DNA from: Octopus vulgaris
Taxonomy: Eukaryota
DNA: 64,000 bases
Direction of reading: 5' to 3'
NCBI GenBank assembly: GCA_951406725.2
Contig: OX597820.1
Location: forward strand, 33,852,001-33,916,000
The notes beneath the pieces were generated by a model, which searched no databases, was not told where the DNA came from, and was given only the letters and a program-made list of their open reading frames with translations. The stretch's first letter is position 1; each line of letters opens with the position of its first letter. The position numbers and the translations under genes were made by a program. This document shows, piece by piece, positions 38,566 to 51,722 of this stretch.

Positions 38566-38639
38566 CGGTAAAAGCTATATATATATATATATGTGACAGA
38601 AAGAAAGAAATCTAAATAATGACCAGGTGTTGCGTAAGC

Positions 38640-39130
38640 TGTTCTGTTCGAAGGAAGGACCAAGAGATCACGAGAAAATTCGAGAAACAAGACAGACACG
38701 TAACCGCAAAAAAAAATTTGCCATCTCATTGACAACTCAATAACAATGACAACACAGTTTGAGTGAGGCCGGAAGTGGATCTATGTCTGTACTTGTATGT
38801 GTATGTATGTGTGCGTGCGTGTGTGTAAATGTCACAGTAAACGGAAGTGACGTTTTTACAATTGTGGTGATAAAGGTGACAGCGGCGGGGAAGAAGCCAG
38901 CATGTAGAGGTCGGCGACGACGACGGTGGTGGAAGTGCAGTTAGAAGCAAGCAGCAGCAGGATTGAGCGATAGAGGCGGTGGTGTTAGTAGTGGCGGCGG
39001 AAGAAGCAGCAGTAGTAGTAGTAGTAGCACTGGCGGTGGTGGTTAGCAGGGTATTATAAAACCCGAAGCTGGTTTACCCATCCCGAAGTTAGATAGTTAA
39101 CATTTTCAATCGGGTGCACCGCTTACTTGG
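38640..39130 (+). promoter_or_regulatory. CpG-rich housekeeping-type promoter and 5' leader of the ZFAND2-like gene
   Basis: CCGGAAGT (ETS) at 38769-38776; overlapping ETS/CRE-half ACGGAAGTGACGT at 38841-38853; GC-rich triplet-repeat leader. Confidence 0.6.
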
Positions 39131-39629
39131 AGGACGAGGAAAAAGAACAACAACACCAGAAGTTTCGCATTTATATTTTATTATATATTATTATTAACTA
39201 ATTAATTGGGGGTTTAAAAAAGTGGGGAAAACACCCTCATTTAATGTAGATAGATTTATATATTTTTTCTGTTCTGATTTTTCTTTTTCTCCTCTCTCTG
39301 TCGCTCTTTCTTTTTCTGTTTATTCTTCTGGGAGTGATTTCTGTGGTGGTTTGTGATTAAGGAATTTTAACTGAAAGAAACTAAAAAAAAAAAAAGTCTC
39401 TCAGAAGTAGCAATAATAGACGAGAGATACTCTCTCTGTGAGAGACCAGCTTACTCTATAGTTTTAATATTCTGTGTAAAACTAAACACACAGCATTACA
39501 CATACTGACACACTAAAAACACGGATCACAGCTCTATTTACTACAACACACACATAGACACACTTTTCGTCTTTTACTGTCCATCTACACTTATATACAC
39601 ATAAACATCTGTGTGTGAGTGTACGACGG

Positions 39630-39660
<31 letters not shown>

Positions 39661-39721
39661 CTGTTTTCTGTCCGTCAAGATATCTGACTCTTAAAGAAAG
39701 AAGAAAAAAAAACAAGAAAGG

Positions 39722-39776
39722 ATGGAATTTCCTCATCTGGGTGCTAATTGTGGTGAATCTACCTGTAAAATGCTGG
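39722..39776 (+). CDS. ZFAND2: First coding exon of AN1-type zinc finger protein 2 (ZFAND2A/2B, AIRAP-like); remainder outside the window
   Basis: MEFPHLGANCGESTCKML+G|GTAATT, matching the family N-terminus MEFPDLGxHCSExxCxxLDFLP, with a phase-1 intron at the expected Asp. Confidence 0.85.
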
Positions 39777-40190
39777 GTAATTATACAGATTTATATTTTT
39801 CTCTTTGCAACATTTCATTTCACTCTCTCAGTCACACTAACCATTATTACCGCACCTGTCTTCTCGTGACAAAATGTTTGTCTTCTCCACAGCTTGTCTT
39901 ATATGTATGTGTGTATATGAGTGTGTGTATATATATATATATATAAATATAAATATATACAATATATACATAAACTAGGTGTTTCTCGCTCCCTTTCTAT
40001 CTAAATATATGTTCGTTTGCCTAATTGCTTTCCTTATAGTTTTATCATCTATCTATGTATCTATCTGACTATAATTGTCTGTCTGCGCTGTTTGTCAGTT
40101 TGTCCAGCTGTCTGCCTTTCTCAGTAGATGTCTCTTTTCGTCTCTCTACTCTCTCATCTACCATCTCTCTCTCTCTCTCTCTCTGTGTGA

Positions 40191-40242
<52 letters not shown>

Positions 40243-40763
40243 CTGTTTTCTGTCCGTCAAGATATCTGACTTTCTATCTATATGTGTATGTCTGTCAGAC
40301 TATCTATCAGTGTGTCTACGTATCTACCAGTCTGTCTCTAAATTTAGCTATCCATCTGTCTGCATGTTTATATATCTATCATACTGCTTATGTGTGCGTA
40401 TGTCATATTTGTCGGTTTCTGTTCAACTAACCATTAGTTTATTTGTCCATCTATCTGTCATATCTAGTTACCTCCGCGTATATCTACACATCTATCTTTT
40501 TACCTATCCTTCTAGCTATTCTCTATATGTCTGTCTATCTTTCATCGAGTCCATTTAGTTGTCTGTCAAACTGCCAAGCTTTTTACCACCTACGAATTAA
40601 GTGTCTTTGACCATCTTTCTGCGGCACATCTAAGCTATCACTCTTCATGTCAATTTAGCTGTCTTTCTATAACAGACCACTTAGCTGTCTATCTACATGT
40701 TCATCTAGGCCTCTACCTGTATCTCTAGATTTCCACACAGCTGGCTATTTCTAGATTCCTTTA

Positions 40764-40811
<48 letters not shown>

Positions 40812-41019
40812 ATAGCTGTCTCTCTCTTCAACAGTTCATATAACTATCTTGCTACATGTCCATACAGCTGGTCATTTCTATACCTGTCCATCTCACTCTC
40901 CCATCTTTTCTCTCTTTCTTATATATATATATATTGTCTCTTTAACTACATGCCCACCTCACTATTTGCCTCTCATACCTGCATCTCTTCCTGTTTCTCT
41001 ACCTGTTCATAACACTGTC

Positions 41020-44000
41020 TGCCACTCTACCTGTCCATCAGAGAGTCTGCTTTTCTTCCTGCCCATCAGACAGTCTGCCTCTCCACCTGACCATCAGACA
41101 GTCTGCCTCTCTACCTGACCATCAGACAGTCTGCCCTCTACCTGACCATCAGACAGTCTGCCTCTCTACCTGACCATCAGACAGTCTGCCCTTTACCTGT
41201 CTATGAGAGAGTTTGCCTCTCACCTGACCATGAGACAGTCTGCCTCTCCACCTGACCATCAGACAGTCTGCCTCTCCACCTGACCATCAGACAGTCTGCC
41301 TCTCCACCTGACCATCAGGCAGTCTGCCTCTCTACCTGTCCATCAGCAGTCTCCTCTCTATATCAGACTATCTTGCCTCTCACCTGTCCATCACAGCTGG
41401 TCTGCCTCTCTACCTGTCCATCAGACAGTCTGCCTCTATACCTGTCCATCTCACTCTCCCACTCTTTTCTCTCTTTCTTATATATATATGTATATTGTCT
41501 CTTTAACTACATGCCCACCTCACTATTTGCCTCTCATACCTGCATCTCTTCCTGTTTCTCTACCTGTTCATAACACTGTCTGCCACTCTACCTGTCCATC
41601 AGAGAGTCTGCTTTTCTTCCTGCCCATCAGACAGTCTGCCTCTCTACCTGACCATCAGGCAGTCTGCCTCTCCACCTGACCATCAGACAGTCTGCCTCTC
41701 CACCTGACCATCAGACAGTCTGCCTCTCCACCTGACCATCAGACAGTCTGCCTCTCCACCTGACCATCAGGCAGTCTGCCTCTCCACCTGTCCATCAGAC
41801 AGTCTGCCTCTCTACCTGTCCATCAGACAGTCTGCCTCTCTACCTGTCCATCAGACAGTCTGCCTCTCTACCTGTCCATCAGACAGTCTGCCTCTCTACC
41901 TGTCCATCAGGCAGTCTGCCTCTCTACCTGTCCATCAGACAGTCTGCCTCTCTACCTGTCCATCAGACAGTCTGCCTCTCTACCTTGTCCATCAGACAGT
42001 CTGCCTCTCTACCTGTCCATCAGACAGTCTGCCTCTCTACCTGTCCATCAGACAGTCTGCCTCTCTACCTGTCCATCAGACACTCTGCCTCTCTACCTGT
42101 CCATCAGACAGTCTGCCTCTCTACCTGTCCATCAAACAGTCTGCCTCTCTACCTGTCCATCAGACAGTCTGCCTCTCTACCTGTCCATCAGACAGTCTGC
42201 CTCTCTACCTGACCATCAGACAGTCTGCCTCTCCATCTGACCATCAGACAGTCTGCCTCTCTACCTGACCCATCAGACAGTCTGCCTCTCTACCTGTCCA
42301 TCAGACAGTCTGCCTCTCTACCTGCCCATCAGACAGTCTGCCTCTCTACCTGACCATCAGACAGTCTGCCTCTCTACCTGACCATCAGACATTCTGCTTT
42401 TCTTCCTGCCCATCAGACAGTCTGCCTCTCTACCTGACCATCAGAAAGTCTGCCTCTTTACCTGTCTATGAGAGAGTTTGCCTCTCTACCTGACCATGAG
42501 AGAGTCTGCCTCTCCACCTGACCATCAGACAGTCTGCCTCTCCACCTGACCATCAGGCAGTCTGCCTCTCCACCTGACCATCAGGCAGTCTGCCTCTCCA
42601 CCTGACCATCAGACAGTCTGCCTCTCCACCTGACCATCAGACAGTCTGCCTCTCTACTTGTCCATCAGACAGTCTGCCTCTCTACCTGTCCATCAGACAG
42701 TCTGCCTCTCTACCTGTCCATCAGACAGTCTGCCTCTCTACCTGTCCATCAGGCAGTCTGCCTCTCTACCTGTCCATCAGGCAGTCTGCCTCTCTACCTG
42801 TCCATCAGACAGTCTGCCTCTCTACTTGTCCATCAGACAGTCTGCCTCTCTACCTGTCCATCAGACAGTCTGCCTCTCTACCTGTCCATCAGACAGTCTG
42901 CCTCTCTACCTGTCCATCAGACACTCTGCCTCTCTACCTGTCCATCAGACAGTCTGCCTCTCTACCTGTCCATCAAACAGTCTGCCTCTCTACCTGTCCA
43001 TCAGACAGTCTGCCTCTCTACCTGTCCATCAGACAGTCTGCCTCTCTACCTGTCCATCAGATAGTCTGCCTCTCTACCTGACCATCAGACAGTCTGCCTC
43101 TCCATCTGACCATCAGACAGTCTGCCTCTCTACCTGCCCATCAGACAGTCTGCCTCTCTACCTGTCCATCAGACAGTCTGCCTCTCTACCTGTCCATCAG
43201 ACAGTCTGCCTCTCTACCTGTCCATCAGACAGTCTGCCTCTCTACCTGTCCATCAGACAGTCTGCCTCTCTACCTGTCCATCAGACAGTCTGCCTCTCTA
43301 CCTGTCTATGAGAGAGTCTGCCTCTCTACCTGTCTATGAGAGAGTCTGCCTCTCCACCTGACCATCAGACAGTCTGCCTCTCTACCTGTCCATCAGACAG
43401 TCTGCCTCTCCACCTGACCATCAGACAGTCTGCCTCTCTACCTGCCCATCAGACAGTCTGCCTCTCCACCTGACCATCAGACAGTCTGCCTCTCTACCTG
43501 ACCATCAGACAGTCTGCCTCTCTACCTGACCATCAGACAGTCTGCCTCTCTACCTGACCATCAGACAGTCTGCCTCTTTACCTGTCTATGAGAGAGTCTG
43601 CCTCTCTACCTGTCTATGAGAGAGTCTGCCTCTCCACCTGACCATCAGACAGTCTGCCTCTCTACCTGTCCATCACACAGTCTGCCTCTCTACATGTCCA
43701 TCATACAGTCTGCCTCTCTACATGTCCATCATACAGTCTGCCTCTCTACATGTCCATCAGACAGTCTGCTCCTCTACTTGTCCATCAGACAGTCTGCCTC
43801 TTGTCCATCAGAGAGTCTGCCCCTCTAGTTGTCCATCGGACTGTCTGCTCCTCTAGTTGTCCATCAGACGGTCTGCCCCTCTAGTTGTCCATCAGACGGT
43901 CTGCCCCTCTAGTTGTCCATCAGACGGTCTGCCCCTCTAGTTGTCCATCAGACGGTCTGCCTCTCTACTTGTCCATCAGACAGTCTGTCTCACTCTCCCT

Positions 44001-47000
44001 GTCCATCACACAGTCTATCTCTCTCCCTGTCCATAGTCTGCCTCTCTACTTGTCCATTTCACAGCCTGTCCCACTACCTGTCCATTACACAGCCTGTCCC
44101 ACTACCTGTCCATTACACAGTCTGTCCCACTACCTGTCCATTACACAGTCTGTCCCACTACCTGTCCATTACACAGTCTGTCCCACTACCTGTCCATTAA
44201 ACGGCCTGTCTCACTACCTGTCCGCTACACAGCCTGTCTCACTACCTGTCCGCTACACAGCCTTTCTCTCTACCTGTCCGTTACACAGCCTGTCTCTCAA
44301 CCTGTCCATCACACAGTCTTTCTCTCTCCCTGTCCACAGTCTGCCCTACCTGTCCGTCGCACAGCCTGTGTCCCTAGCTGTCCATCGCGCAGCCTGTGTC
44401 CCTACCCGTCCGTCGCGCAGCCTGTGTCCCTACCCGTCCATCGCACAGCCTGTGTCCCTACCCGTCCGTCGCACAGCCTGTGTCCCTACCCATCCGTCGT
44501 GCAGCCTGTGTCCCTACCCGTCCGTCGTGCAGCCTGTGTCCCTACCCGTCCGTCGCGCAGCCTGTGTCCCTACCCGTCCGTCGCGCAGCCTGTGTCCCTA
44601 CCCGTCCGTCGCGCAGCCTGTGTCCCTACCCGTCCGTCGCGCAGCCTGTGTCCCTACCCATCCGTCGCGCAGCCTGTGTCCCTACCCGTCCGACGCATCT
44701 GCCCGATAAACAGCCTGTCTTTTTACCCGTGCATTAAATAGCCTGTCTCTCTACCCAGCTGTTAAATAGCCTGTCTCTCTACCCGTCCGTTAAACAGCCT
44801 GTCTCTCTACCCGTCCGTTAAACAGCCTGTCTCTCTACCCGTCCGTTAAACAGCCTGTCTCTCTACCCGTCCGTTAAACAGCCTGTCTCTCTACCTGTCC
44901 GTTAAACAGCCTGTCTCTCTACCTGTCCGTTAAACAGCCTGTCTCTCTACCTGTCCGTTAAACAGCCTGTCTCTCTACCTGTCCGTTAAACAGCCTGTCA
45001 GTCTACCTGTCCGTTAAACAGCCTGTCAGTCTACCTGTCCGTTAAACAGCCTGTCTCTCTACCTGTCCGTTAAACAGCCTGTCTCTCTACCTGTCCGTTA
45101 AACAGCCTGTCTCTCTACCTGTCCGTTAAACAGCCTGTCTCTCTACCTGTCCGTTAAACAGCCTGTCTCTCTACCTGCCCGTTAAACAGCCTGTCTCTCC
45201 ATCTGTCTTTTTAACTCGCTACCTGTCCATTATGCAGAATCTCTTAATACCTGTCCATAACACATCTTGTCTCCCTACCTGTCTGTTACACAGCCTGTCT
45301 CCCTACCTCTCCATTACACTGCCTGTCTCCCTACCTCTCCATTACACAGTTTGTCTCCCTACCTGTCCGTTACACAGCCTGTCTCTCTACCTGTCCGTTA
45401 CATATGCCCATCTCCATACCTGTCCATTACACAGTCTGTCTCCTTGCCTGATGGTTACACTGTCTATCTCTCTACCAGAAGTGTTATGCTACCTCTCCCT
45501 CTACCTGAAGTGTTTCACAGCCTGTCCCTCTACCTGAAGTGTTACGCAGCCTGTCCCTCTACCTGAAGTGTCCATGCAGCTGGTTATTTCTATACCTGTC
45601 CATCTCTCTCCCTCGTTCCTTTCTATCTCTCATATTTATATTGTCTCTTTCCCTACATGCCCACCTCACCAATTACCTCTCTTACTTGCATCACTTCCTG
45701 TCTATCTCTGTTTCTCCACCTGTCCATCAAACACTCTGCCGCTCTACCAGGCCATCACACTGTCTGCCTCTCTACCTGTTCCTCAGACAGTCTGCCTCTC
45801 CACCTGACCATCAGTCTGCCTCCACTTGACTATCAGACAGTCTGCCTCTCCACCTGACCATCAGACAGTCTGCCTCTCCACCTGACCATCAGACAGTCTG
45901 CCTCTCCACCTGACCATCATACAGTCTGCCTCTCCACCTGACCATCATACAGTCTGCCTCTCCACTTGTCCACCAGACAGTCTGCCTCTCTACTTGTCCA
46001 TCAGACAGTCTGCCTCTCTACTTGTCCATCAAACAGTCTGCCTCTCTACTTGTCCATCAGACAGTCTGCCTCTCTACTTGTCCATCAGACAGTCTGCCTC
46101 TCTACTTGTCCATCAGACAGTCTGCCTCTCTACTTGTCCATCAGACAGTCTGCTCTCTACTTGTCCATCAGACAGTCTGCCTCTCTATTTGTCCACCAGA
46201 CAGTCTGCCTCTCTACTCGTCCATCAGACAGTCTGCCTCTCCACCTGTCCGTTAAACAGCCTGTCTGTCTACCTGTCCGTTAAACAGCCTATCTCTCTAC
46301 CTGTCTGTTAAACAGCCTGTCTCTCTACCTGTCCGTTAAACAGCCTGTCTCTCTACCTGTCCATTAAACAGCCTGTCTCTCTACCTGTCTGTTAAACAGC
46401 CTGTCTCTCTACCTGTCCGTTAAACAGCCTGTCTCTCTACCTGTCCGTTAAACAGCCTGTCTCTCTACCTGTCCGTTAAACAGCCTGTCTCTCTACCTGT
46501 CCGTTAAACAGCCTGTCTCTCTACCTGTCCGTTAAACAGCCTGTCTCTCTACCTGTCCGTTAAACAGCCTGTCTCTCTACCTGTCCGTTAAACAGCCTGT
46601 CTCTCTACCTGTCCGTTAAACAGCCTGTCTCTCTACCTGTCCGTTAAACAGCCTGTCTCTCTACCTGTCCGTTAAACAGCCTGTCTCTCTACCTGTCCGT
46701 TAAACAGCCTGTCTCTCTACCTGTCCGTTAAACAGCCTGTCTCTCTACCTGTCCGTTAAACAGCCTGTCTCTCTACCCGTCCGTTAAACAGCCTGTTTCT
46801 ACCTGTCCTCTACCTGAAGTGTTACACAGTTCGTCTCTCTACCTGAAGTGTCTGTGTACATGTCCATTACACAACCTGTCTCACTACTTGTCCGTTACAC
46901 AGAATCTCTCCCTACCTGTCCGTTACACGGCCTGTCTCCCTACCTGTCCGATACACGGCTTGTCTTCCGACCTGAAGTGTTACACAGCCTGTCCCTCTAC

Positions 47001-50000
47001 CTTAAGTGTTACACAGCCTGTCCCTCTACCTGAAGTGTTTCACAGCCTGTCCCTCTACCTGAAGTGTTACACAGCCTGTCCCTCTACCTGAAGTGTTTCA
47101 CAGCCTGTCCCTCTACCTGAAGTGTTTCACAGCCTGTCCCTCTACCTGAAGTGTTTCACAGCCTGTCCCTCTACCTGAAGTGTTTCACAGCCTGTCCCTC
47201 TACCTGAAGTGTTTCACAGCCTGTCCCTCTACCTGAAGTGTTACACAGCCTGTCCCTCTACCTGAAGTGTTTCACAGCCTGTCCCTCTACCTGAAGTGTT
47301 TCACAGCCTGTCCCTCTACCTGAAGTGTTTCACAGCCTGTCCCTCTACCTGAAGTGTTTCACAGCCTGTCCCTCTACCTGAAGTGTTTCACAGCCTGTCC
47401 CTCTACCTGAAGTGTTTCACAGCCTGTCCCTCTACCTGAAGTGTTTCACAGCCTGTCCCTCTACCTGAAGTGTTTCACAGCCTGTCCCTCTACCTGAAGT
47501 GTTTCACAGCCTGTCCCTCTACCTGAAGTGTTTCACAGCCTGTCCCTCTACCTGAAGTGTTTCACAGCCTGTCCCTCTACCTGAAGTGTTTCACAGCCTG
47601 TCCCTCTACCTGAAGTGTTTCACAGCCTGTCCCTCTACCTGAAGTGTTTCACAGCCTGTCCCTCTACCTGAAGTGTTTCACAGCCTGTCCCTCTACCTGA
47701 AGTGTTTCACAGCCTGTCCCTCTACCTGAAGTGTTTCACAGCCTGTCCCTCTACCTGAAGTGTTTCACAGCCTGTCCCTCTACCTGAAGTGTTTCACAGC
47801 CTGTCCCTCTACCTGAAGTGTTTCACAGCCTGTCCCTCTACCTGAAGTGTTTCACAGCCTGTCCCTCTACCTGAAGTGTTTCACAGCCTGTCCCTCTACC
47901 TGAAGTGTTTCACAGCCTGTCCCTCTACCTGAAGTGTTTCACAGCCTGTCCCTCTACCTGAAGTGTTTCACAGCCTGTCCCTCTACCTGAAGTGTTTCAC
48001 AGCCTGTCCCTCTACCTGAAGTGTTTCACAGCCTGTCCCTCTACCTGAAGTGTTTCACAGCCTGTCCCTCTACCTGAAGTGTTTCACAGCCTGTCCCTCT
48101 ACCTGAAGTGTTTCACAGCCTGTCCCTCTACCTGAAGTGTTTCACAGCCTGTCCCTCTACCTGAAGTGTTTCACAGCCTGTCCCCTCTACCTGAAGTGTT
48201 TCACAGCCTGTCCCTCTACCTGAAGTGTTTCACAGCCTGTCCCTCTACCTGAAGTGTTTCACAGCCTGTCCCTCTACCTGAAGTGTTTCACAGCCTGTCC
48301 CTCTACCTGAAGTGTTTCACAGCCTGTCCCTCTACCTGAAGTGTTTCACAGCCTGTCCCTCTACCTGAAGTGTTTCACAGCCTGTCCCTCTACCTGAAGT
48401 GTTTCACAGCCTGTCCCTCTACCTGAAGTGTTTCACAGCCTGTCCATCTACCTGAAGTGTTTCACAGCCTGTCCATCTACCTGAAGTGTTTCACAGCCTG
48501 TCCCTCTACCTGAAGTGTTTCACAGCCTGTCCCTCTACCTGAAGTGTTTCACAGCCTGTCCCTCTACCTGAAGTGTTTCACAGCCTGTCCCTCTACCTGA
48601 AGTGTTTCACAGCCTGTCCCTCTACCTGAAGTGTTTCACAGCCTGTCCCTCTACCTGAAGTGTTTCACAGCCTGTCCCTCTACCTGAAGTGTTACACAGC
48701 CTGTACCTCTACCGGCCGGTTCCACAGACCGTCTTTCTACCTACTGGTTACACAGCCTGTCTGTCTGCCTGATGGTTACATAGCCTGTCTCTCTACCTGT
48801 CACTCTCTGCCTGTCCTTTTGACACTCTGTCTCTCTCTGCCTGTCCTTTTGACACTCTGTCTCTCTCTGCCTGTCCATCCGACAGTCTGTTACTCTCTAC
48901 CTGTCCATCACACAGTCTGTCTCTTTTTCCTCGTCCATCAGACACTCTGTCTCTCTCTCTGCTTGTTCATCAGACTGTCTGTCTGTCTGTCTCTCTCGCT
49001 GCCTGTTCATCAGTCTGTCACACTCTATCTGTCCATCACCCAGTCTCTCTCTCTCTCTCTCTACCTTTGCATCACATAGTCTGTCTCTCTCTCCCTGTCC
49101 GTGTAACAGTCTGTCTCTCTCTCCCTGTCCGTGTAACAGTCTGTCTCTCTCTCCCTGTCCGTGTAACAGTCTGTCTTTCTCTCCCTGTCCGTGTAACAGT
49201 CTGTCTCTCTCCCTGTCCGTGTAACAGTCTGTCCCTCTACCTTGCCGTCTCGCAGTCTGTCCCGCTACCTCACCACCTAGAAGTCTGTCTCTCTACCTGT
49301 CTGTCTAGCAGTCTGTCTCTCTACCTGTCTGTCTAGCAGTCTGTCTCTCTACCTGTCTGTCTAGCAGTCTGTCTCTCTACCTGTCTGTCTAGCAGTCTGT
49401 CTCTCTACCTGTCTGTCTAGCAGTCTGTCTCTCTACCTGTCTGTCTAGCAGTCTGTCTCTCTACCTGTCCGTCTAGCAGTCTGTCTCTCTACCTGTCCGT
49501 CTAGCAGTCTGTCTCTCTACCTGTCCGTCTAGCAGTCTGTCTCTCTACCTGTCCGTCTAGCAGTCTGTCTCTCTACCTGTCCGTCTAGCAGTCTGTCTCT
49601 CTACCTGTCCGTCTAGCAGTCCGTCTCTCTACCTGTCCGTCTCTCTACCTGTCCGTCTCTCTACCTGTCCGTCTAGCAGTCCGTCTCTCTACCTGTCCGT
49701 CTAGCAGTCCGTCTCTCTCCCTGTTCGTCTAGCAGTCCGTCTCTCTCCCTGTTCGTCTAGCAGTCCGTCTCTCTCCCTGTTCGTCTAGCAGTCCGTCTAG
49801 CAGTCCGTCTCTCTCCTTGTTCGTCTAGCAGTCCGTCTCTCTCCCTGTTCGTCTAGCAGTCCGTCTCTCTCCCTGTTCGTCTAGCAGTCCGTCTCTCTCC
49901 CTGTTCGTCTAGCAGTCCGTCTCTCTCCCTGTTCGTCTAGCAGTCCGTCTCTCTCCCTGTTCGTCTAGCAGTCCGTCTCTCTCCCTGTTCGTCTAGCCGT

Positions 50001-50390
50001 CCGTTTCTCTCCCTGTTCGTCTAGCAGTCCGTCTCTCTCCCTGTTCGTCTAGCAGTCCGTCTCTCTCCCTGTTCGTCTAGCAGTCCGTCTCTCTCCCTGT
50101 TCGTCTAGCAGTCCGTCTCTCTCTCTCTGTTCGTCTAGCAGTCTGTCTCTCTACCTGTCCTTCTAGCAGTCCGTCTCTCTACCTGTCTGTCTAGCAGTCC
50201 GTCTCTCTACCTGTCTGTCTAGCAGTCCGTCTCTCTACCTGTCTGTCTAGCAGTCCGTCTCTCTACCTGTCCGTCTAGCAGTCTGTCTCTCTACCTGTCC
50301 GTCCAGCAGTCTGTCTCTCTACCTGTCCGTCCAGCAGTCTGTCTCTCTACCTGTCCGTCCAGCAGTCTGTTTCTCTACCTGTCCGTCTTT
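41020..50390 (+). repeat. ~9.4 kb minisatellite of related 28-30 bp units in homogeneous blocks
   Basis: Units CCTGTCCATCAGACAGTCTGCCTCTCTA (28), CCCGTCCGTCGCGCAGCCTGTGTCCCTA (28), CCTGTCCGTTAAACAGCCTGTCTCTCTA (28), CCTGAAGTGTTTCACAGCCTGTCCCTCTA (29), CCTGTCYGTCTAGCAGTCYGTCTCTCTA (28). Confidence 0.97.
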
Positions 50391-50764
50391 CTATCTGTTT
50401 GTCTTTTGCTTTCTGGAAGAGATTGATTCTGGTCAACCTTGGAGCAAGATGGAGTCAGCCAGCTCTAAAAGTTGCAGAGAAACTTCAGTCAAGTTTCATA
50501 AATCTTTTGGGAGTCAGTTTAATATTTCCTGGCCTTTCAATACCAAACTGTTGCTGTATGGCAACACACACACACTAATGGTCTCAGGAGAAGGCAGTAC
50601 AATGGCGCGGCGTTTACTGTATTGGCTAAAACAAAACTAAAATGAAGACTTGTATATATATAAATATATGTACACACACATACGTGTCTATATGTAAATA
50701 TACATGTATGTGCTTGCCTATTTATATATTCTTTTGTGTGTATACATGTTTCTCTCTTTCTACA

Positions 50765-50809
<45 letters not shown>

Positions 50810-51370
50810 CTATGAATATTACAAGTATGTTTGACCATATTACACTTGTGTTAATAAATAGCTGCTTGTTTCTCAATCTGTGTGTGTATTTGTATATATA
50901 TATATATGTCTTTGTGTGAGTATAGTGATGATGTATAAATTGTGTGTATTTGTTTAATAATCAATCAGCTGAACAAGCTCATTGCCTGAATTGACAATGT
51001 TCTTACTATCATCACCAACCGCAACAACTTAGTACATGTATTAATGATAGAACTTGCATGGAGTCACTCAGCTTGCTAGAAGTAGCAACAAAATTTTTAG
51101 GGATGTAAACAAACCAACACTAGATGTCAAACAATGGTGGTGGACAAACACAAAGACATTTATACATGCGTGTACACACACGACAGGCTTCTTTCATTTT
51201 CCATCTACCAAATCCACTCACAAGCCTTGGTCAGTTTGAGGCTAGAGCAGAAGCCATTTGCCCAGGGTGTTACACAGTGGGACTGAATCCTGGACCATGT
51301 AGTTGAGAAGCAGGCTCCTTACCACACACACAAACACACATATACATGCATATGTATACATATGCATAAA

Positions 51371-51722
51371 CGAGCAAAACGCACCCCCATCCAATGGACG
51401 GTGTTGAGTTGTCAAACATTTAAACCAAATTTCGACTGTCCCATAGGCCTCCCCTTTGAGAAACACTGATTTAACCTAAATTTGATACACCAGCAAAGGA
51501 AGAAATAAAGATAGACTTTTTTTCTATTCCAAAGGAAAATGATTTCTTACGGCTTTATCAATCGCATTCTCACTTGGAATCGATTTTTGTACTCTTTTCA
51601 AGATTTATACATGCTCTGATACCGTCGGTATCTACATATCAAATTTGAGCGCAATTGGATGGAGGATGTCCGAGATCCTAGAAGCCACACGCACACAGAC
51701 AGAACGGATTTTATATAAGAGA
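51371..51722 (-). mobile_element. Non-autonomous Helitron-like element, internally deleted copy
   Basis: Homologous to 54725-55168 over its whole length. Confidence 0.7.

Noticed and set aside
41985-49336. Long ORFs such as (SIRQSASLPVHQTVCLSTCPSDSLPLYL)n in the satellite
   Set aside because: A 28-bp unit lacking stops cycles through all three frames; single-base variants introduce stops freely and there is no codon-preserving pattern
41020-50390. CRISPR-like array (28-29 bp repeats)
   Set aside because: Units are head-to-tail without unique spacers, there are no cas genes, and the context is a eukaryotic intron
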